Source: Candidatus Omnitrophota bacterium
GTDB taxonomy: Bacteria > Omnitrophota > Gorgyraeia > 2-02-FULL-51-18
Direction: 5' to 3'
DNA length: 64,000 nt
NCBI GenBank assembly: GCA_016197155.1
Contig: JACPWF010000006.1
Span: forward strand, 9,511-73,510
The notes beneath the pieces were generated by a model, which worked only from the letters and a program-made list of their open reading frames with translations, had not been told where the DNA came from and searched no databases. Of the stretch, positions 32,174 through 43,870 are shown one piece after another. Position 1 is the stretch's first letter, and the number at the start of each line of letters is the position of its first letter. A program made the translations under genes and the position numbers.

Positions 32174-35100
32174 TTAATTTCCGCCCACGCGGGACAGGTC
32201 GCGGACATTTTCCTCGAAGGCCGCCATGATCGCCTCCTCGCCGCTGAGGCCGGAGCTTTTCACGCGATCGAGCGCCTGGAGGACGCGTTTGTAATCTTTC
32301 GGGATCACGCGGACAAATCGGGGAACCATTTCTTCCCAGAGATCCAAAATGTGCCGCGCGCGGCGGCTCTGCGTGTGGCGCAAATACCGCTCAATCAGGC
32401 CGCGCACCTCGGCGATTTCCGCGGGGCCGGTCAATTTTTCAAGCTCCACCATCTGCCGGTTACAGCGGCCCGCAAAATCCCCGGCGGCGTCCAGCACGTA
32501 CGCGATCCCGCCCGACATGCCCGCCGCGAAATTCCGCCCCGTGCCGCCGAGCACGACCACCCGCCCGCCCGTCATGTATTCACAACCATGATCGCCGACG
32601 GCCTCGACGACCGCGGAAACGCCGCTGTTGCGCACGCAAAACCGCTCGCCCGCCATCCCGTGAATGTAGGCCTCGCCGCTCGTGGCGCCGTAGAAAGCGA
32701 CGTTGCCGATGAGGGTATTTTCTTCGGGTTTGAAAGTTGATTTTTTCGGCGGATAAACAATGATCTTTCCGCCTGACAGCCCTTTGCCGACATAATCATT
32801 CGCGTCGCCCTCAAGCTCGAGGGTGATCCCGCGCGGCACAAAAGCGCCGAAGCTCTGCCCCGCGGATCCCGTAAACTGAAGATGGATCGTGTCGTCGGGC
32901 AGTCCGTCGGCCCCGTGCCGGCGCGTGAGTTCGCTCCCCAAGATCGTGCCCACGACGCGGTTGGTATTTTTGATCGCCAGCGACGCCTTCACGGGTTTTT
33001 TGTCTTCGAGCGCCGGCTCGCAGAGCTTGAGAAGGGTCGTGTGGTCAAGCGCCTTCTCGAGCCCGTGGTCCTGCGGGATCTGGCAGTAGCGCCCCACCTC
33101 CGCCGGAACTTTCGGTTGATACAAAATTTTTGAAAAATCAAGGCCCTTGGCCTTCCAATGGTCCACGGCCTTTTTCACGTCGAGCCGGTCGACGCGGCCG
33201 ATCATTTCATTCATCGTGCGGAATCCCAGACGCGCCATGATCTCGCGGACTTCCTCGGCGATAAAGGTCATGAAATGGACAACGTGCTGCGGATCGCCGC
33301 TGAATTTTTTTCGAAGCTCGGGGTCCTGCGTCGCCACACCGACCGGACAGGTGTTCAAATGACACACGCGCATCATGATGCAACCGAGCGCCACGAGCGG
33401 CGATGTCGAAAATCCGAATTCCTCGGCGCCCAGGAGCGCCGCGATCGCCACGTCGCGTCCGGTCTTGAGTTGTCCGTCGGTCTCGACGGCGATGCGACTG
33501 CGCAAATTATTCAAAACCAAGGTCTGATGCGTCTCGGCCAGTCCCAGTTCCCAGGGAATCCCCGCGTGCTTGATGCTCGAAAGCGGCGACGCGCCCGTGC
33601 CGCCGTCATGCCCGCTGATGAGGACCACGTCCGCGTGCGCCTTGGCGACCCCCGCGGCGATCGTCCCCACACCGACCTCGGCGACCAATTTCACGCTGAT
33701 CCGCGCGTTCCGGTTTGAATTTTTCAAATCGTGAATCAGTTCGGCCAGATCCTCGATGGAATAAATGTCGTGATGCGGCGGCGGTGAAATGAGCCCCACC
33801 CCCGGCGTCGAAAAACGCACCTTCGCGATCCACGGATAAACCTTGGCGCCCGGAAGCTGTCCGCCCTCGCCGGGCTTGGCGCCCTGGGCCATTTTGATCT
33901 GGAGCTCGCGAGCCTTCACCAGATACAGGCTCGTGACGCCGAAACGGCCCGAGGCCACTTGTTTAATCGCGCTGTTCCGCGAGTCGCCGTTCGGGTCCGG
34001 CGTGTAGCGCGCGGGGTCTTCGCCGCCTTCGCCGGTGTTTGATTTTCCGCCGAGCCGGTTCATCGCGATCGCGAGCGACTCGTGCGCCTCTTTGGAAATC
34101 GAGCCGTAGGACATCGCCCCCGTTTTAAAACGTTTCACGATCATTTCGACGGGCTCCACCTCGGCGATGGGGACGGGTTTCAAATCGGATTTAAAATCCA
34201 AAAGGCCGCGCAGGGTGCAGTGATGTTTCGATTGATTGTTCACGGCCTCGGAATATTCCTTGAACACTTTGTAATTTTTGGTGCGCGTGGAAAGCTGAAG
34301 CTTGTGAATGGTTTCGGGATTGAATAAATGAACCTCGCCGTCTTTGCGCCACTGGTATTGGCCGCCCGGGTCAAGCGCCAGGCCATCGGTCGAGCGCGGG
34401 GCAAACGCGTGATGATGGCGGCGCTTCACTTCCTCGGCGAGCGTGTCGATGCCCACGCCCTCGACGCGCGAGGCCGTCCACGTGAAATATTGGTCCACCA
34501 CGTTTTGATTCAACCCGATCGCCTCAAAGATCTGGGCGCCGCGATAACTTTGAATCGTCGAGATCCCCATCTTCGACATGGTTTTCACGACACCCTTCGC
34601 GACGGCCTTGGCATAATTTTTGACCGCGGTTTTGTGATCGATATTTTTTAAAATTCCCTGCCGGATCATGTCGTCCAGCGTCTCAAACGCCAGGTACGGA
34701 TTCACGGCCCCCGCGCCGTAGCCGACCAACAGCGCGAAGTGATGCACCTCGCGCGGCTCGCCCGATTCGAGCACGAGCCCGACCTTGGTGCGCGTGCCCT
34801 CGCGGATGAGGTGATGGTGCAGTCCCGACACGGCCAGAAGCGCGGGGATCGCCGCGTGGTCGGGGCCGACGCCGCGGTCGGATAAAATGAGAATGTTGAC
34901 GCCTTCTTTGATCGCGCCGCTCGCTTTTTTGTAAAGTTCGGCCAGCGACGCCTCGAGGGATTTCCCCCCGCCGCTCACTTTGTACAAAATCGGCAGGCTC
35001 ACGGATTTAAAATCCGGATGCCGCAGGTGGCGGAGTTTTTCAAATTCCTCGTTCGTCAAAACGGGACTTTTTAACCGGATCTGCCGACAGCTTTCCGGCT

Positions 35101-36772
35101 CGGGCTTTAAAAGATTCCCCTCCGGGCCGATCGTCGTCTCGGTGGACGTGATGATCTCCTCGCGGATGCAGTCGATCGGGGGATTGGTGACCTGCGCGAA
35201 CAGTTGTTTGAAATAATTATAAAGAAGCTGGGGCTTGTCCGACAAAACGGCCAGCGGCGTGTCCGTCCCCATCGAACCCACGGCCTCGACTCCGTCCTTC
35301 CCCATCGGCGCCATCAGGATCCGCAGATCCTCGTAGGTGTAACCGAAGGCCTGCTGGCGCACGAGCACCGCGCGATGATCCGGCTCGCGCGCGTGCGGGG
35401 CGTCGGGCAGTTTTTCAAGCGGGACCAAATTTTCATCGAGCCACTCGCGGTACGGATGCGCGCGGGCGATTTTATTTTTCAATTCCTCATCGGAAACGAT
35501 CCGGCCCTCTTCGGTGTCGATCAAAAACATCCGGCCCGGCTGGAGACGCCCCTTGCGCAGAATATTCTCCAGCGGCACGTCGAGCACACCCACCTCCGAG
35601 GCCATGATAACAAGGTCGTCTTTGGTCACATAGTAGCGCGAGGGACGCAGGCCGTTCCGGTCGAGGACCGCCCCGATTTGAACGCCGTCGGTGAACGCGA
35701 TCGACGCGGGCCCGTCCCACGGCTCCATGAGCGAGGCGTGAAATTCGTAAAAAGCCTTTTTGTCGTCCGGCATCGATTCATGATTCGCCCACGGCTCGGG
35801 GATCATCATCATCACCGCGTGCGCGAGCGATCGCCCGCCGAGCACGAGAAATTCGAGGCAGTTGTCGAACATCGCCGAGTCACTGCCGTCCTCGCAGATG
35901 ACGGGAAGGATTTTTTTTATGTCCGCGCCGAAAAGCTCCGACGCGCAGAGCGCCTCGCGCGCGTGCATCCAGTTCACATTGCCGCGAAGGGTGTTGATCT
36001 CGCCGTTGTGCGCGAGGTAGCGGTTCGGATGGGCGCGCTCCCAGCTCGGGAACGTGTTGGTGCTGAAGCGCGAATGCACGAGCGCCAAAGCGCTCTCGAC
36101 GGCCGGGTCGACCAGGTCCGGAAAAAACAGCTCGACCTGCTCGGACATGAGCATCCCTTTGTAAACGATTGTTCTGTGTGAAAGGCTTGAAATGTAAAAT
36201 GCGGGCAGGCCCGCCGTTTTCGAATAGCGGATCGCGTTTTCCGCGCGGCGCCGGATCACGTAGAGCTTGCGCTCAAACGCGAGGTCTTCTTTTATTTTCG
36301 GATTTCTTCCGATAAAAATCTGCCGCACAAAAGGCTCGGAGGCCTTCGCGGTGGGCCCGAGAGAACCGTTTCGCGTGGGAACCGTGCGCCAGCCGAGAAA
36401 GTCCTGGCCTTCTTCCCGAATGATGCCCTCAAAAATCTTTTCGCAGGCGCGGCGTTCTTTTTCATTGACTGGCAAAAACACCATGCCCACGCCGTACGCC
36501 CCCGCGGGAGGCAGGTTGATCTTGAGTCCGGAGCAGGCCTTTTTCAAAAAGGCATGCGGCACCTGCAACAAAATCCCCGCCCCGTCGCCGGTGTTGGCCT
36601 CACAACCGCAGGCGCCGCGATGGCGAAGGTTGACAAGCACCGTCATCGCCTGCTCGACGATTTGGTGGGATTTTTTGCCCTTCACATTCACGACAAACCC
36701 CACCCCGCAGGCATCTTTTTCGAATGCCGGGTCGTAAAGTCCCTGTTTGGAGGGGGCAATGGCTCTATTCAT
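32174..36772 (-). CDS. gltB: Glutamate synthase large subunit
   Basis: 1,532 aa. The N-terminus is the amidotransferase [27 protein letters not shown].... The FMN/3Fe-4S central domain and the C-terminal GXGXG ([17 protein letters not shown]) domain follow. Confidence 0.97.
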   Translation of the reverse strand: MNRAIAPSKQGLYDPAFEKDACGVGFVVNVKGKKSHQIVEQAMTVLVNLRHRGACGCEANTGDGAGILLQVPHAFLKKACSGLKINLPPAGAYGVGMVFLPVNEKERRACEKIFEGIIREEGQDFLGWRTVPTRNGSLGPTAKASEPFVRQIFIGRNPKIKEDLAFERKLYVIRRRAENAIRYSKTAGLPAFYISSLSHRTIVYKGMLMSEQVELFFPDLVDPAVESALALVHSRFSTNTFPSWERAHPNRYLAHNGEINTLRGNVNWMHAREALCASELFGADIKKILPVICEDGSDSAMFDNCLEFLVLGGRSLAHAVMMMIPEPWANHESMPDDKKAFYEFHASLMEPWDGPASIAFTDGVQIGAVLDRNGLRPSRYYVTKDDLVIMASEVGVLDVPLENILRKGRLQPGRMFLIDTEEGRIVSDEELKNKIARAHPYREWLDENLVPLEKLPDAPHAREPDHRAVLVRQQAFGYTYEDLRILMAPMGKDGVEAVGSMGTDTPLAVLSDKPQLLYNYFKQLFAQVTNPPIDCIREEIITSTETTIGPEGNLLKPEPESCRQIRLKSPVLTNEEFEKLRHLRHPDFKSVSLPILYKVSGGGKSLEASLAELYKKASGAIKEGVNILILSDRGVGPDHAAIPALLAVSGLHHHLIREGTRTKVGLVLESGEPREVHHFALLVGYGAGAVNPYLAFETLDDMIRQGILKNIDHKTAVKNYAKAVAKGVVKTMSKMGISTIQSYRGAQIFEAIGLNQNVVDQYFTWTASRVEGVGIDTLAEEVKRRHHHAFAPRSTDGLALDPGGQYQWRKDGEVHLFNPETIHKLQLSTRTKNYKVFKEYSEAVNNQSKHHCTLRGLLDFKSDLKPVPIAEVEPVEMIVKRFKTGAMSYGSISKEAHESLAIAMNRLGGKSNTGEGGEDPARYTPDPNGDSRNSAIKQVASGRFGVTSLYLVKARELQIKMAQGAKPGEGGQLPGAKVYPWIAKVRFSTPGVGLISPPPHHDIYSIEDLAELIHDLKNSNRNARISVKLVAEVGVGTIAAGVAKAHADVVLISGHDGGTGASPLSSIKHAGIPWELGLAETHQTLVLNNLRSRIAVETDGQLKTGRDVAIAALLGAEEFGFSTSPLVALGCIMMRVCHLNTCPVGVATQDPELRKKFSGDPQHVVHFMTFIAEEVREIMARLGFRTMNEMIGRVDRLDVKKAVDHWKAKGLDFSKILYQPKVPAEVGRYCQIPQDHGLEKALDHTTLLKLCEPALEDKKPVKASLAIKNTNRVVGTILGSELTRRHGADGLPDDTIHLQFTGSAGQSFGAFVPRGITLELEGDANDYVGKGLSGGKIIVYPPKKSTFKPEENTLIGNVAFYGATSGEAYIHGMAGERFCVRNSGVSAVVEAVGDHGCEYMTGGRVVVLGGTGRNFAAGMSGGIAYVLDAAGDFAGRCNRQMVELEKLTGPAEIAEVRGLIERYLRHTQSRRARHILDLWEEMVPRFVRVIPKDYKRVLQALDRVKSSGLSGEEAIMAAFEENVRDLSRVGGN

Positions 36773-36837
36773 GGCTAACTTTTTAGTATATCAATAAGTC
36801 AGAGGGGATTTCAAAGGAAAAAGCGGGAAAAAGGGTG

Positions 36838-37866
36838 CTAAACTTTGAGAACGACCTTGCCGAAATTCTGCCGGGCCTCCAGGTGGGCCTGCGCCCGGGC
36901 GGCTTCTTTGAGGGGAAAAACCTGATCGAGTGTCGGAACCAAACGCCCCTGCTCAACCAGATCCAAAACCTTGTGGAGTTCTGCGAGACTGCCCATGTAG
37001 GCGCCAAGCACGCTGATTTGTTTTGAATAGAAATAACGGATATCCACTTCCACCTTGGGACCCGAGGTCGCCCCGCAGGTCACCAGGCGCCCGCCCCGTT
37101 TTAAAACCGTGAAATTTTTGGGCCAGGTCTCAGGGCCAATGTGGTCCAAAACAACATCCACGCCGGCGCCGTTGGTCAGTTTTTTTATTTTTTCCGCGAA
37201 GTCTTCGGTTTTGTAAAGAATGACTTCCTCCGCGCCCAATTTTTTCGCCCGGGAAACTTTTTTGAAATCGCCGACGGTCGTGTAAACCGTGGCGCCGAGG
37301 AATTTCGCGATCTGGATGGCCGCGGCGCTCACTCCCGACCCGGCCGCATGGATGAGCACGGTCTCCCCGGCCCTCAGATTCGCGCGCGTGACGAGCATGT
37401 GGTAAGCCGTGAGAGAGGCCAGCGGAATAGAGGCCCATTCTTCAAAAGAGTAACGCCCGGAAACGGGAACGACAAACCGCTCGTGAACGGCCACGCGCTC
37501 GGCGTAACCGCCCTGGGTTTGGAGGCCCAAAATTTGAAATTCGGGGGAATAACTGTCGCGCGCGGAGAGCGCTTCGGGCAAATGGCCCGGCACCTGCCCC
37601 GGGGAAACGACGACGCGGTCGCCTTTTTTAAAACGCTTCGCGCCCTTTCCGCATTCGAGAACCGTCCCCGCGACATCGGAACCGGGGATGTGCGGCATGG
37701 GGATGGAAACCCCCGGCAGGCCCTGCCTCACCCAGATGTCGAGATGATTGAGGGCGCAGGCCTTGACCTCGATCAAAACGTCGCCGGGCCCGGCGGGAGG
37801 CTCTTTAAATTCGCCGAATTTTAAAACTTCGGGGCCGCCGTGTTTTTCAAAAAATACCGCTTGCAT
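36838..37866 (-). CDS. Zinc-type alcohol dehydrogenase / NADPH:quinone oxidoreductase family protein
   Basis: MDR-superfamily pattern: EVKACALNHLDIWVRQG and the GAGSGVSAAAIQIAKFLGA Rossmann motif. Confidence 0.9.
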   Translation of the reverse strand: MQAVFFEKHGGPEVLKFGEFKEPPAGPGDVLIEVKACALNHLDIWVRQGLPGVSIPMPHIPGSDVAGTVLECGKGAKRFKKGDRVVVSPGQVPGHLPEALSARDSYSPEFQILGLQTQGGYAERVAVHERFVVPVSGRYSFEEWASIPLASLTAYHMLVTRANLRAGETVLIHAAGSGVSAAAIQIAKFLGATVYTTVGDFKKVSRAKKLGAEEVILYKTEDFAEKIKKLTNGAGVDVVLDHIGPETWPKNFTVLKRGGRLVTCGATSGPKVEVDIRYFYSKQISVLGAYMGSLAELHKVLDLVEQGRLVPTLDQVFPLKEAARAQAHLEARQNFGKVVLKV

Positions 37867-39290
37867 CAGCTATAACTTTTAACCAATTTCACAAACAGCC
37901 GCACCCCCACGCCCGTGGCGCCGATCGGCGAAAGGGGCTTCGGGTGCGATTCATTCCACGCGGTCCCGGCGATGTCCAGGTGCGCCCACGAGGCCGTGTG
38001 ATCGGCGAATTCTTTCAAAAACATCGCGGCTGTGATCGTGCCGGCGTATTTTTTGCTGATATTTTGAATGTCCGCGTACGTCGCGCGAATCAAATCAAAA
38101 TATTCTTCCCACATCGGAAGTTCCCACACGCGCTCGCCCGTTTCCTCGCCCGCCTCCTTGATGCGGTTCACGAGGTCGCGGTCCGTTCCCATGACGCCAC
38201 TGCACAGATCCGCGAAGGTCGCCGCGCACGCGCCCGTGAGCGTGGCGATGTCCACGAGCGCTTTGGGTTTGTAGCGCGCCGCGTACGCGAGGGCGTCCGC
38301 CAAGATGAGCCGGCCCTCGGCGTCGGTGTTGAGCACTTCAATGGTCTTGCCGTTCATCGCGCGGACAATGTCGCCCGGCCTCTGTGCGCGGCCGCCCGGC
38401 ATGTTTTCGCAAACAGGCGCGATCCCCACGACCCTGACCGGCAATTTCAAATTCGCGATCACCTTCATGGCGCCGATCACGGCGGCGGCGCCGCACATGT
38501 CGAATTTCATTTTGTCCATGTCGTTCGAAGGCTTGATCGAAATGCCGCCCGTGTCAAACGTGATCCCTTTTCCGACAAGCACGAGGGGGCGCGCGCCCTT
38601 CACTTTATTTTCCAAGATAATGAACTGCGGCGGGTGGACACTGCCTTGGGAAACGCCGATGACGCCGCCCATTTTCAATTTTTTAATTTCGTTCAAACCC
38701 AGCACCTTGCAGGTCAGATTATTTTTCCGCGCCATCTCGCGCGCGGCCTGGGCCAGGCGTTCGGGCGTCATGACATTCGGAGGCTCATTGGCAAGGTCCC
38801 GCGTGAAAAAAACGCCCTGGGTGATCGTCTCGGCTTCGGCCGCCGCGCGGCGGAGGGCGCGCGCCTGGTCCGCGTGTTTTGAGACGAGCTCAAACGACCC
38901 GATCTCGTGCACGGGTTTGGGCTTGGACTTGTAGCGCGCGAAGCGGTAGTCCGCCAGGCGCGCGCCCTCCGCGGCCGCCCCGGCGATCTCGGCGAGCGAA
39001 AACTTCTCCCAAAAACTGTCAAGGTCCAGGCGGACGCCCCTCGCTCTCGACGCCCTCCCCTGGGCGAGGAGCCGCGCGGCGGCCACCCGCACTTTTTCGA
39101 GCGTGAATTTTTCTTTTTTGCCGAGGCCGATAAAAAGCGTGTCCCCCGCCAGAAACGTCTCCCCGGCCTTTAGGGAGACTTTTTTATCCGATAAAATTTT
39201 TGGGGGTTTGCCGTTTTCAAAAACGCCGATGGCCGAAACATCCGCGGCCTTGGAAGAGGAAGCTTTCGAGACGTTCGCCATGATTTTCAT
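37866..39290 (-). CDS. pepA: Leucyl aminopeptidase (M17)
   Basis: NTDAEGRLILADALAYA and VGKGITFDTGGISIKP are M17 signatures. Confidence 0.95.
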   Translation of the reverse strand: MKIMANVSKASSSKAADVSAIGVFENGKPPKILSDKKVSLKAGETFLAGDTLFIGLGKKEKFTLEKVRVAAARLLAQGRASRARGVRLDLDSFWEKFSLAEIAGAAAEGARLADYRFARYKSKPKPVHEIGSFELVSKHADQARALRRAAAEAETITQGVFFTRDLANEPPNVMTPERLAQAAREMARKNNLTCKVLGLNEIKKLKMGGVIGVSQGSVHPPQFIILENKVKGARPLVLVGKGITFDTGGISIKPSNDMDKMKFDMCGAAAVIGAMKVIANLKLPVRVVGIAPVCENMPGGRAQRPGDIVRAMNGKTIEVLNTDAEGRLILADALAYAARYKPKALVDIATLTGACAATFADLCSGVMGTDRDLVNRIKEAGEETGERVWELPMWEEYFDLIRATYADIQNISKKYAGTITAAMFLKEFADHTASWAHLDIAGTAWNESHPKPLSPIGATGVGVRLFVKLVKSYS

Positions 39291-39613
39291 TCCGGTGATT
39301 GCTCCTTCATGTGGACTCGGACGCGCAGGGACCCGTTCCGCGGCCTCGGCAGTCCTCCGACGATCGCGAGGGTCTTTTCGCGCGTGATGGTGTTCGGAAA
39401 ATCCAGTTTGATCAAAACCTCATGCGAAATTTTCACGCCGCGTTTTTTTAAACCCAACAGCATCGCGCCGAATTCCTTCGCCCCTTCGAGCGCGTCGCCG
39501 GTCACCTGAAACTCCAGGCTCCGGATCGGGCGGGAATCTTTGAGACGGCCCGCCACGTCGTTCTTCACCTGCGAAGGCAGGAGAAAACTTTCGCTTTCAA
39601 ACAGATCGGTCAT
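39287..39613 (-). CDS. Hypothetical protein
   Basis: 108 aa, 4-bp overlap with pepA. No confident family assignment. Confidence 0.55.
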   Translation of the reverse strand: MTDLFESESFLLPSQVKNDVAGRLKDSRPIRSLEFQVTGDALEGAKEFGAMLLGLKKRGVKISHEVLIKLDFPNTITREKTLAIVGGLPRPRNGSLRVRVHMKEQSPE

Positions 39614-39715
39614 CGGGCTCCTCGCTTGGGTGAAGACGGGTTTAAATCACAGCTTTTGGACAACGGCTGTGATTATAATATAAATCCGCGCAAAAAGGAA
39701 AACGGAAACGTCGAT

Positions 39716-40063
39716 TCATGCCATTTGAAGCGGCGCCCTTTTTGAGTGGATAACCTTCCGTATCCGATTGGCGACCACGGGTTTGAGTTGGATGACCTTC
39801 ATCCGAACCGTGAAGCCGATCGCCAACAACACTTTTTCGAGCGTCATCACGTTCGCAAAATCTCCGCTTTCAATTTTGGAGATATGCTGTTGGGTAACGC
39901 CCACTTTTTCAGCCAACCGCCTTTGGTTCAGATCGTGTTTTATGCGGTACTCAATGATCCGTTTTACAATTTCCAGCTTCTGCTCTTCAAGCTCGTAAAG
40001 TTCTTTGAAATAGGGATCTTTTAATTTTTCTTTGAGATGCTTATCCACGCTTTCGATTCTCAT
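39716..40063 (-). CDS. XRE-family HTH antitoxin (HigA-like)
   Basis: NQRRLAEKVGVTQQHISKIESG HTH motif, directly downstream of a Gp49/HigB-like toxin gene. Confidence 0.75.
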   Translation of the reverse strand: MRIESVDKHLKEKLKDPYFKELYELEEQKLEIVKRIIEYRIKHDLNQRRLAEKVGVTQQHISKIESGDFANVMTLEKVLLAIGFTVRMKVIQLKPVVANRIRKVIHSKRAPLQMA

Positions 40064-40074
40064 GCCGGCTCCTC

Positions 40075-40422
40075 CTACTGTCTTCTTATAAAGTCCGACC
40101 GCCTTTGAACGGCAAGCTCCCTCTCGTTTTTTGGGGCCTTGCCCGTTTTCTTCACGAACCCATTCGTAAGAATCGCTTTATCCTCATGAAAGAAAAAGTA
40201 TAAAATGCGGACGGCTCCTTCCTGCGTTTTGAATCTCAATTCGAAAATGGCCTCCCCAAGGTACTTCGCGTGGGGCTCGGGCAATTTGTGCCCGAATTTC
40301 TCAAGGAGCGACTTCACAAAGAAAAACTTCCTCTGGGTTTTGCGATCCAGCGAGTCCACAAACTCCCGGACGGGCGACCGGCCCGATTCAGTCAGGTAGT
40401 AGTAAGCGCTTATCCCTGCCAA
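40075..40422 (-). CDS. HigB/RelE-superfamily toxin (Gp49-like, toxin-first arrangement)
   Basis: 115 aa. KYLGEAIFELRFKTQEGAVRILYFFFHEDKAILTNGFVKKTGKAPKNE is the Gp49/HigB-type core. A small inverted repeat (ACAAC...GTTGT) lies in its upstream region. Confidence 0.7.
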   Translation of the reverse strand: MAGISAYYYLTESGRSPVREFVDSLDRKTQRKFFFVKSLLEKFGHKLPEPHAKYLGEAIFELRFKTQEGAVRILYFFFHEDKAILTNGFVKKTGKAPKNERELAVQRRSDFIRRQ

Positions 40423-40492
40423 GAGAAATCTCTTCGGTGGATGGTTAAAGTATACAACTAAATGGTTGTTACGTCAAGACAGGCCCACGGCG

Positions 40493-41542
40493 TCACGCGC
40501 GAATGGGTTCGGGCACCAGGAGAGGCGTCATCTCCGTCACGTCCCCGTAGCCGAGTTTTTTTAGGAAACCCTGGATAATTTCTTCCTCGAGGCGGGTGCA
40601 TTCCTCGTGCTCGAGTTTCGGGCAGGGGATCTGGCCGCCCGCGATCATGCCGTGCCCGCCGGCGGTGCCTTTTTTTCCGATGAGCCGCCGCAGAAAATTT
40701 CCGGCGTCGCCTTTTGAATTCGTCGTGCGGATCGAAACGACGAGCCGGTCCTTGTAGCGGCCGAGGCAGATCGCCCAGCTCGCGCGCTCACAGCGCAGGA
40801 TAAAATCCGCGATGAACGGCACGAAATCGGGATTGTTCACCTCGCCGAGTGTCGCCGCGACCGCGTTTTTGTAGAGGCGCGTGTGGTGCAGGGCGCGGTT
40901 CAGGGTGATGAAATAATCGCGCGGCAGTCGCGGGTGAACGATGTTCGCCAAAAGTTTTTTCTGGCTTTTCGGAAAAAGCGCCAGATACGCCTGGATGTCG
41001 GTCTCGCGCGCCTCGCGCCCCAGGTCCTGCGTCTCCGAACTGATGCCGTAGGAAAGGGCCGTCGCCAGTTGGGACGGAATTTCCAGCCCGCTTTCCAAAA
41101 GATACTCGGTCAGGATCGTCGCCGTCGCGCCGTACTCGGTCCGGATGTCGATAAAATCCGCGCGCGTGGTCCGCCGTGCCGGATGATGGTCGATGACGAT
41201 GACGGGTCTCCGGTTTTTGGGAAAGGAGCTGTTGCCCGTGCGCGGCTGCATGTCCACCATCGCGAAATCGACGCCGGGCCTGAAATCCGCCTCCTGAAGC
41301 GGCGAGATCCGAAGGCGCAGAAGCCGGATCATCGCGCGGTTCTCCGCGCGGCCCACGATGCCGCCGTATTTGACCACCGCCGGGACCTTGAATTTATGTT
41401 TCACAATGTAGGCCAGCGTCACGGCGCTCGAGACCGAGTCGGGGTCCGGATTGTCATGGGTGAGCACGACCAGGCGCTTGGTGTCGCGGAGCGCGGCCTC
41501 GATCCTTAAAAAACTTTCCTGAATTTCTTCGGGTGTGGGCAT
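40493..41542 (-). CDS. DHH-family phosphoesterase (NrnA-like oligoribonuclease/pAp phosphatase)
   Basis: DHH motif (VIVIDHHP) plus a DHHA1-like C-terminus (GGGHGMIAGG). Confidence 0.85.
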   Translation of the reverse strand: MPTPEEIQESFLRIEAALRDTKRLVVLTHDNPDPDSVSSAVTLAYIVKHKFKVPAVVKYGGIVGRAENRAMIRLLRLRISPLQEADFRPGVDFAMVDMQPRTGNSSFPKNRRPVIVIDHHPARRTTRADFIDIRTEYGATATILTEYLLESGLEIPSQLATALSYGISSETQDLGREARETDIQAYLALFPKSQKKLLANIVHPRLPRDYFITLNRALHHTRLYKNAVAATLGEVNNPDFVPFIADFILRCERASWAICLGRYKDRLVVSIRTTNSKGDAGNFLRRLIGKKGTAGGHGMIAGGQIPCPKLEHEECTRLEEEIIQGFLKKLGYGDVTEMTPLLVPEPIRA

Positions 41543-41556
41543 TTTGGAAAAAAACG

Positions 41557-42729
41557 TCAGTACCGCGGGCAGTTCGGATCCACGGCTTCGGACCAGGCGT
41601 CGATGCCGCCGGCCAGGTTCTTCACTTTTTTGAATCCGATTTTTTGCAAAAGCTCGACGGCCTTGGCGCTACGCCCGCCGAAATGGCAGTGCACGACGAT
41701 CTCGTCGGCGCTGTCGAGCTCGCTCACCTTTTCGGGCAGGGTCCCCAGCGGAATAAGTTTGGAGCCGGGGATGCGGTTGATCTGGTATTCGCTCGGCTCG
41801 CGCACGTCGACCAAAACAAATTTATCCTTCCGATCGATCTTCGCTTTCAATTCCTCCGCCGAAATTTCCGGCACGCCGGCGCCGCCCGTTTTTCCCGCCC
41901 CGGGCGCGGGCGATGGGTTTTCCTCCCCGCGGCCGATGCCGCAAAACGCGTCGTAATCGATGAGTTCCTTGATCGAGGGGTGATCGCCGCAGACCGGGCA
42001 TTTGGGATTGCGGCGGAATTTCACCTCGCGAAAATTCATCTTGAGCGCGTCGTAGAGCATGAGGCGGCCGATGAGCGGCTCGCCTTTCCGCAAAAGAAGC
42101 TTCACCACCTCCGTCCCCTGGATCACGCCGATTACTCCCGGCAAAATTCCGAGCACCCCGCCCTCGGCACAGCTCGGGACCATGCCCGGCGGCGGCGGCT
42201 CGGCGAAAAGACAGCGGTAGCAGGGGCCTTTGCCCGGATAAAAAACCGTGGCCTGGCCGTCGAAACGGAAAATGCTCCCGTACACGAACGGTTTTTTTGA
42301 GAACACGCAGGCGTCGTTCACCAGATACCGCGTCTGAAAATTGTCCGTGCCGTCGAGAATGATGTCGAAGTCGCGGATCACCCGCATCACGTTGTCTTTC
42401 GAGAGGCGCTCGTTGTGGACGACGACCTTCACGTTCGGATTGATCTGGGCCAGGCGCTCTTTGGCGGACTCGACCTTGGGTTTTCCGACGCTTCCGGTGG
42501 AGTGGATGATCTGGCGCTGTAAATTGGAGAAGTCGACGACGTCGAAATCAATGAGGCCAAGCGTCCCCACACCGGCGGCCGCCAGATACAGCGCGGCCGG
42601 CGAGCCGAGGCCTCCCGTGCCGATCAAAAGGACACGGCCGGCCTTAAGGCGTTCCTGGCCCTCCACCCCCACCTCGGGCATGATGAGGTGCCGGCTGTAC
42701 CTTAAAATTTCATCCTGCGTCAGCGCCAT
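41557..42729 (-). CDS. MoeB/ThiF-type E1 adenylyltransferase with a C-terminal rhodanese domain (MoeZ-like)
   Basis: LLIGTGGLGSPAALYLAAAGVG and the CxxC...CxxC pattern, followed by a rhodanese domain (VHCHFGGRSAKA). Confidence 0.9.
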   Translation of the reverse strand: MALTQDEILRYSRHLIMPEVGVEGQERLKAGRVLLIGTGGLGSPAALYLAAAGVGTLGLIDFDVVDFSNLQRQIIHSTGSVGKPKVESAKERLAQINPNVKVVVHNERLSKDNVMRVIRDFDIILDGTDNFQTRYLVNDACVFSKKPFVYGSIFRFDGQATVFYPGKGPCYRCLFAEPPPPGMVPSCAEGGVLGILPGVIGVIQGTEVVKLLLRKGEPLIGRLMLYDALKMNFREVKFRRNPKCPVCGDHPSIKELIDYDAFCGIGRGEENPSPAPGAGKTGGAGVPEISAEELKAKIDRKDKFVLVDVREPSEYQINRIPGSKLIPLGTLPEKVSELDSADEIVVHCHFGGRSAKAVELLQKIGFKKVKNLAGGIDAWSEAVDPNCPRY

Positions 42730-43852
42730 TCTTCCTTCTCCTCAAAACTTTTATTATATCACGAAGAACGGCGTCCACTTCTTTTTCGGTATTGAACCGC
42801 CCCAGACCAAACCGGACAGCCGATCGCCTCAAATTTTCGCTCACGCCGAGCGCTTTTAAGACGTACGAAGGCTCCGGGCTCGTGGAAAGACAGGCCGAAC
42901 CGGACGACAGCGCCACGTTTTTTAGGCGCTTCAAAAGTTCCCCCGATTCCACGCCGGGAAAACTGACATTCAGGTTATTCGGCAAGCGATGTTTGAGACT
43001 GCCATTGACATTCATTCCCGGAATTTTCAAAAGCCCGACGAGAAGCCGGTTTCTCAATTTCAAAAGCCGCGCGGATTCTTTTTTCATCCGGCCGCGGCAA
43101 ATCTCGCAGGCCTTCCCAAAACCCACGATGCCGGGGACATTGAGCGTGCCCGACCGCATCCCGCCCTCATGCCCGCCGCCGTCGATTTGGGGCGCGAGAA
43201 GGGTCCCCCGCCGCGCATAAAGCGCCCCCACGCCCTTGGGCCCGTAAATTTTGTGCGCGGTCATCGACAAAAGGTCGAGGTTCATTTTTCTCACGTCGAT
43301 CGGCACTTTGCCCAGGGCCTGCGCCGCATCCGAATGGAATAAAATCCCTTTCTCCCGCGCGATTCTTCCAATCTCGGCGATGGGCTGGAGGACGCCGATT
43401 TCGTTGTGGGCGAAGAGAATGGAAATAAGAATCGTCCGCGGCGTGATCGCGCGCTTCAGTTCCTCCACGTCCACGAGGCCGTCTTTTTGAACGGGCAAAT
43501 GAGTGACCTCGAAACCGCTCAGGGCCAGGCGCTTGAAGGGGTCCAAAACGGATTTGTGTTCGGTGGAGAGGGTGAGGAGGTGATTTTTCCCATCGGGCGC
43601 CGCTCCGGCGGCGCCCTTTAGCGCGAGATTATTGGATTCCGTGGCGCCGCTTGTGAAAATGATCTCGGAGGGTTCGGCATTGATGAGACGCGCGATTTGC
43701 GCTCTGGCTCTTTGGACGGCCTCGTGAGCTTCTTTGCCGTAACGGTGATTGAGGCTCGCGGCATTGCCGAATTTTTCGGAAAAAAAAGGAACCATCGCGC
43801 GAACCACGCGCGGATCAACAGGCGTGGTCGCATGATGGTCCATGTAAATCAT
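42710..43852 (-). CDS. Cysteine desulfurase, group I (IscS/NifS-like)
   Basis: MIYMDHHATTPVDPRV..., the SMTAHKIYGPKGVGALY lysine region and the SSGSACLS active-site Cys loop. Confidence 0.9.
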   Translation of the reverse strand: MIYMDHHATTPVDPRVVRAMVPFFSEKFGNAASLNHRYGKEAHEAVQRARAQIARLINAEPSEIIFTSGATESNNLALKGAAGAAPDGKNHLLTLSTEHKSVLDPFKRLALSGFEVTHLPVQKDGLVDVEELKRAITPRTILISILFAHNEIGVLQPIAEIGRIAREKGILFHSDAAQALGKVPIDVRKMNLDLLSMTAHKIYGPKGVGALYARRGTLLAPQIDGGGHEGGMRSGTLNVPGIVGFGKACEICRGRMKKESARLLKLRNRLLVGLLKIPGMNVNGSLKHRLPNNLNVSFPGVESGELLKRLKNVALSSGSACLSTSPEPSYVLKALGVSENLRRSAVRFGLGRFNTEKEVDAVLRDIIKVLRRRKNGADAG

Positions 43853-43870
43853 AAGGCGCTTATCTTAAAA

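Noticed and set aside
31001-32740. 579-aa plus-strand ORF, and similar long plus ORFs (22471..23850, 47848..49035, 35204..36181, 14424..15206, 55438..56223)
   Set aside because: All lie opposite strongly supported minus-strand genes (gltD/gltB, aldolase/ychF, sulfite reductase, the giant gene, mrp). They have Arg/Gly/His-rich low-complexity composition and no motifs. They are GC-skew artefacts.
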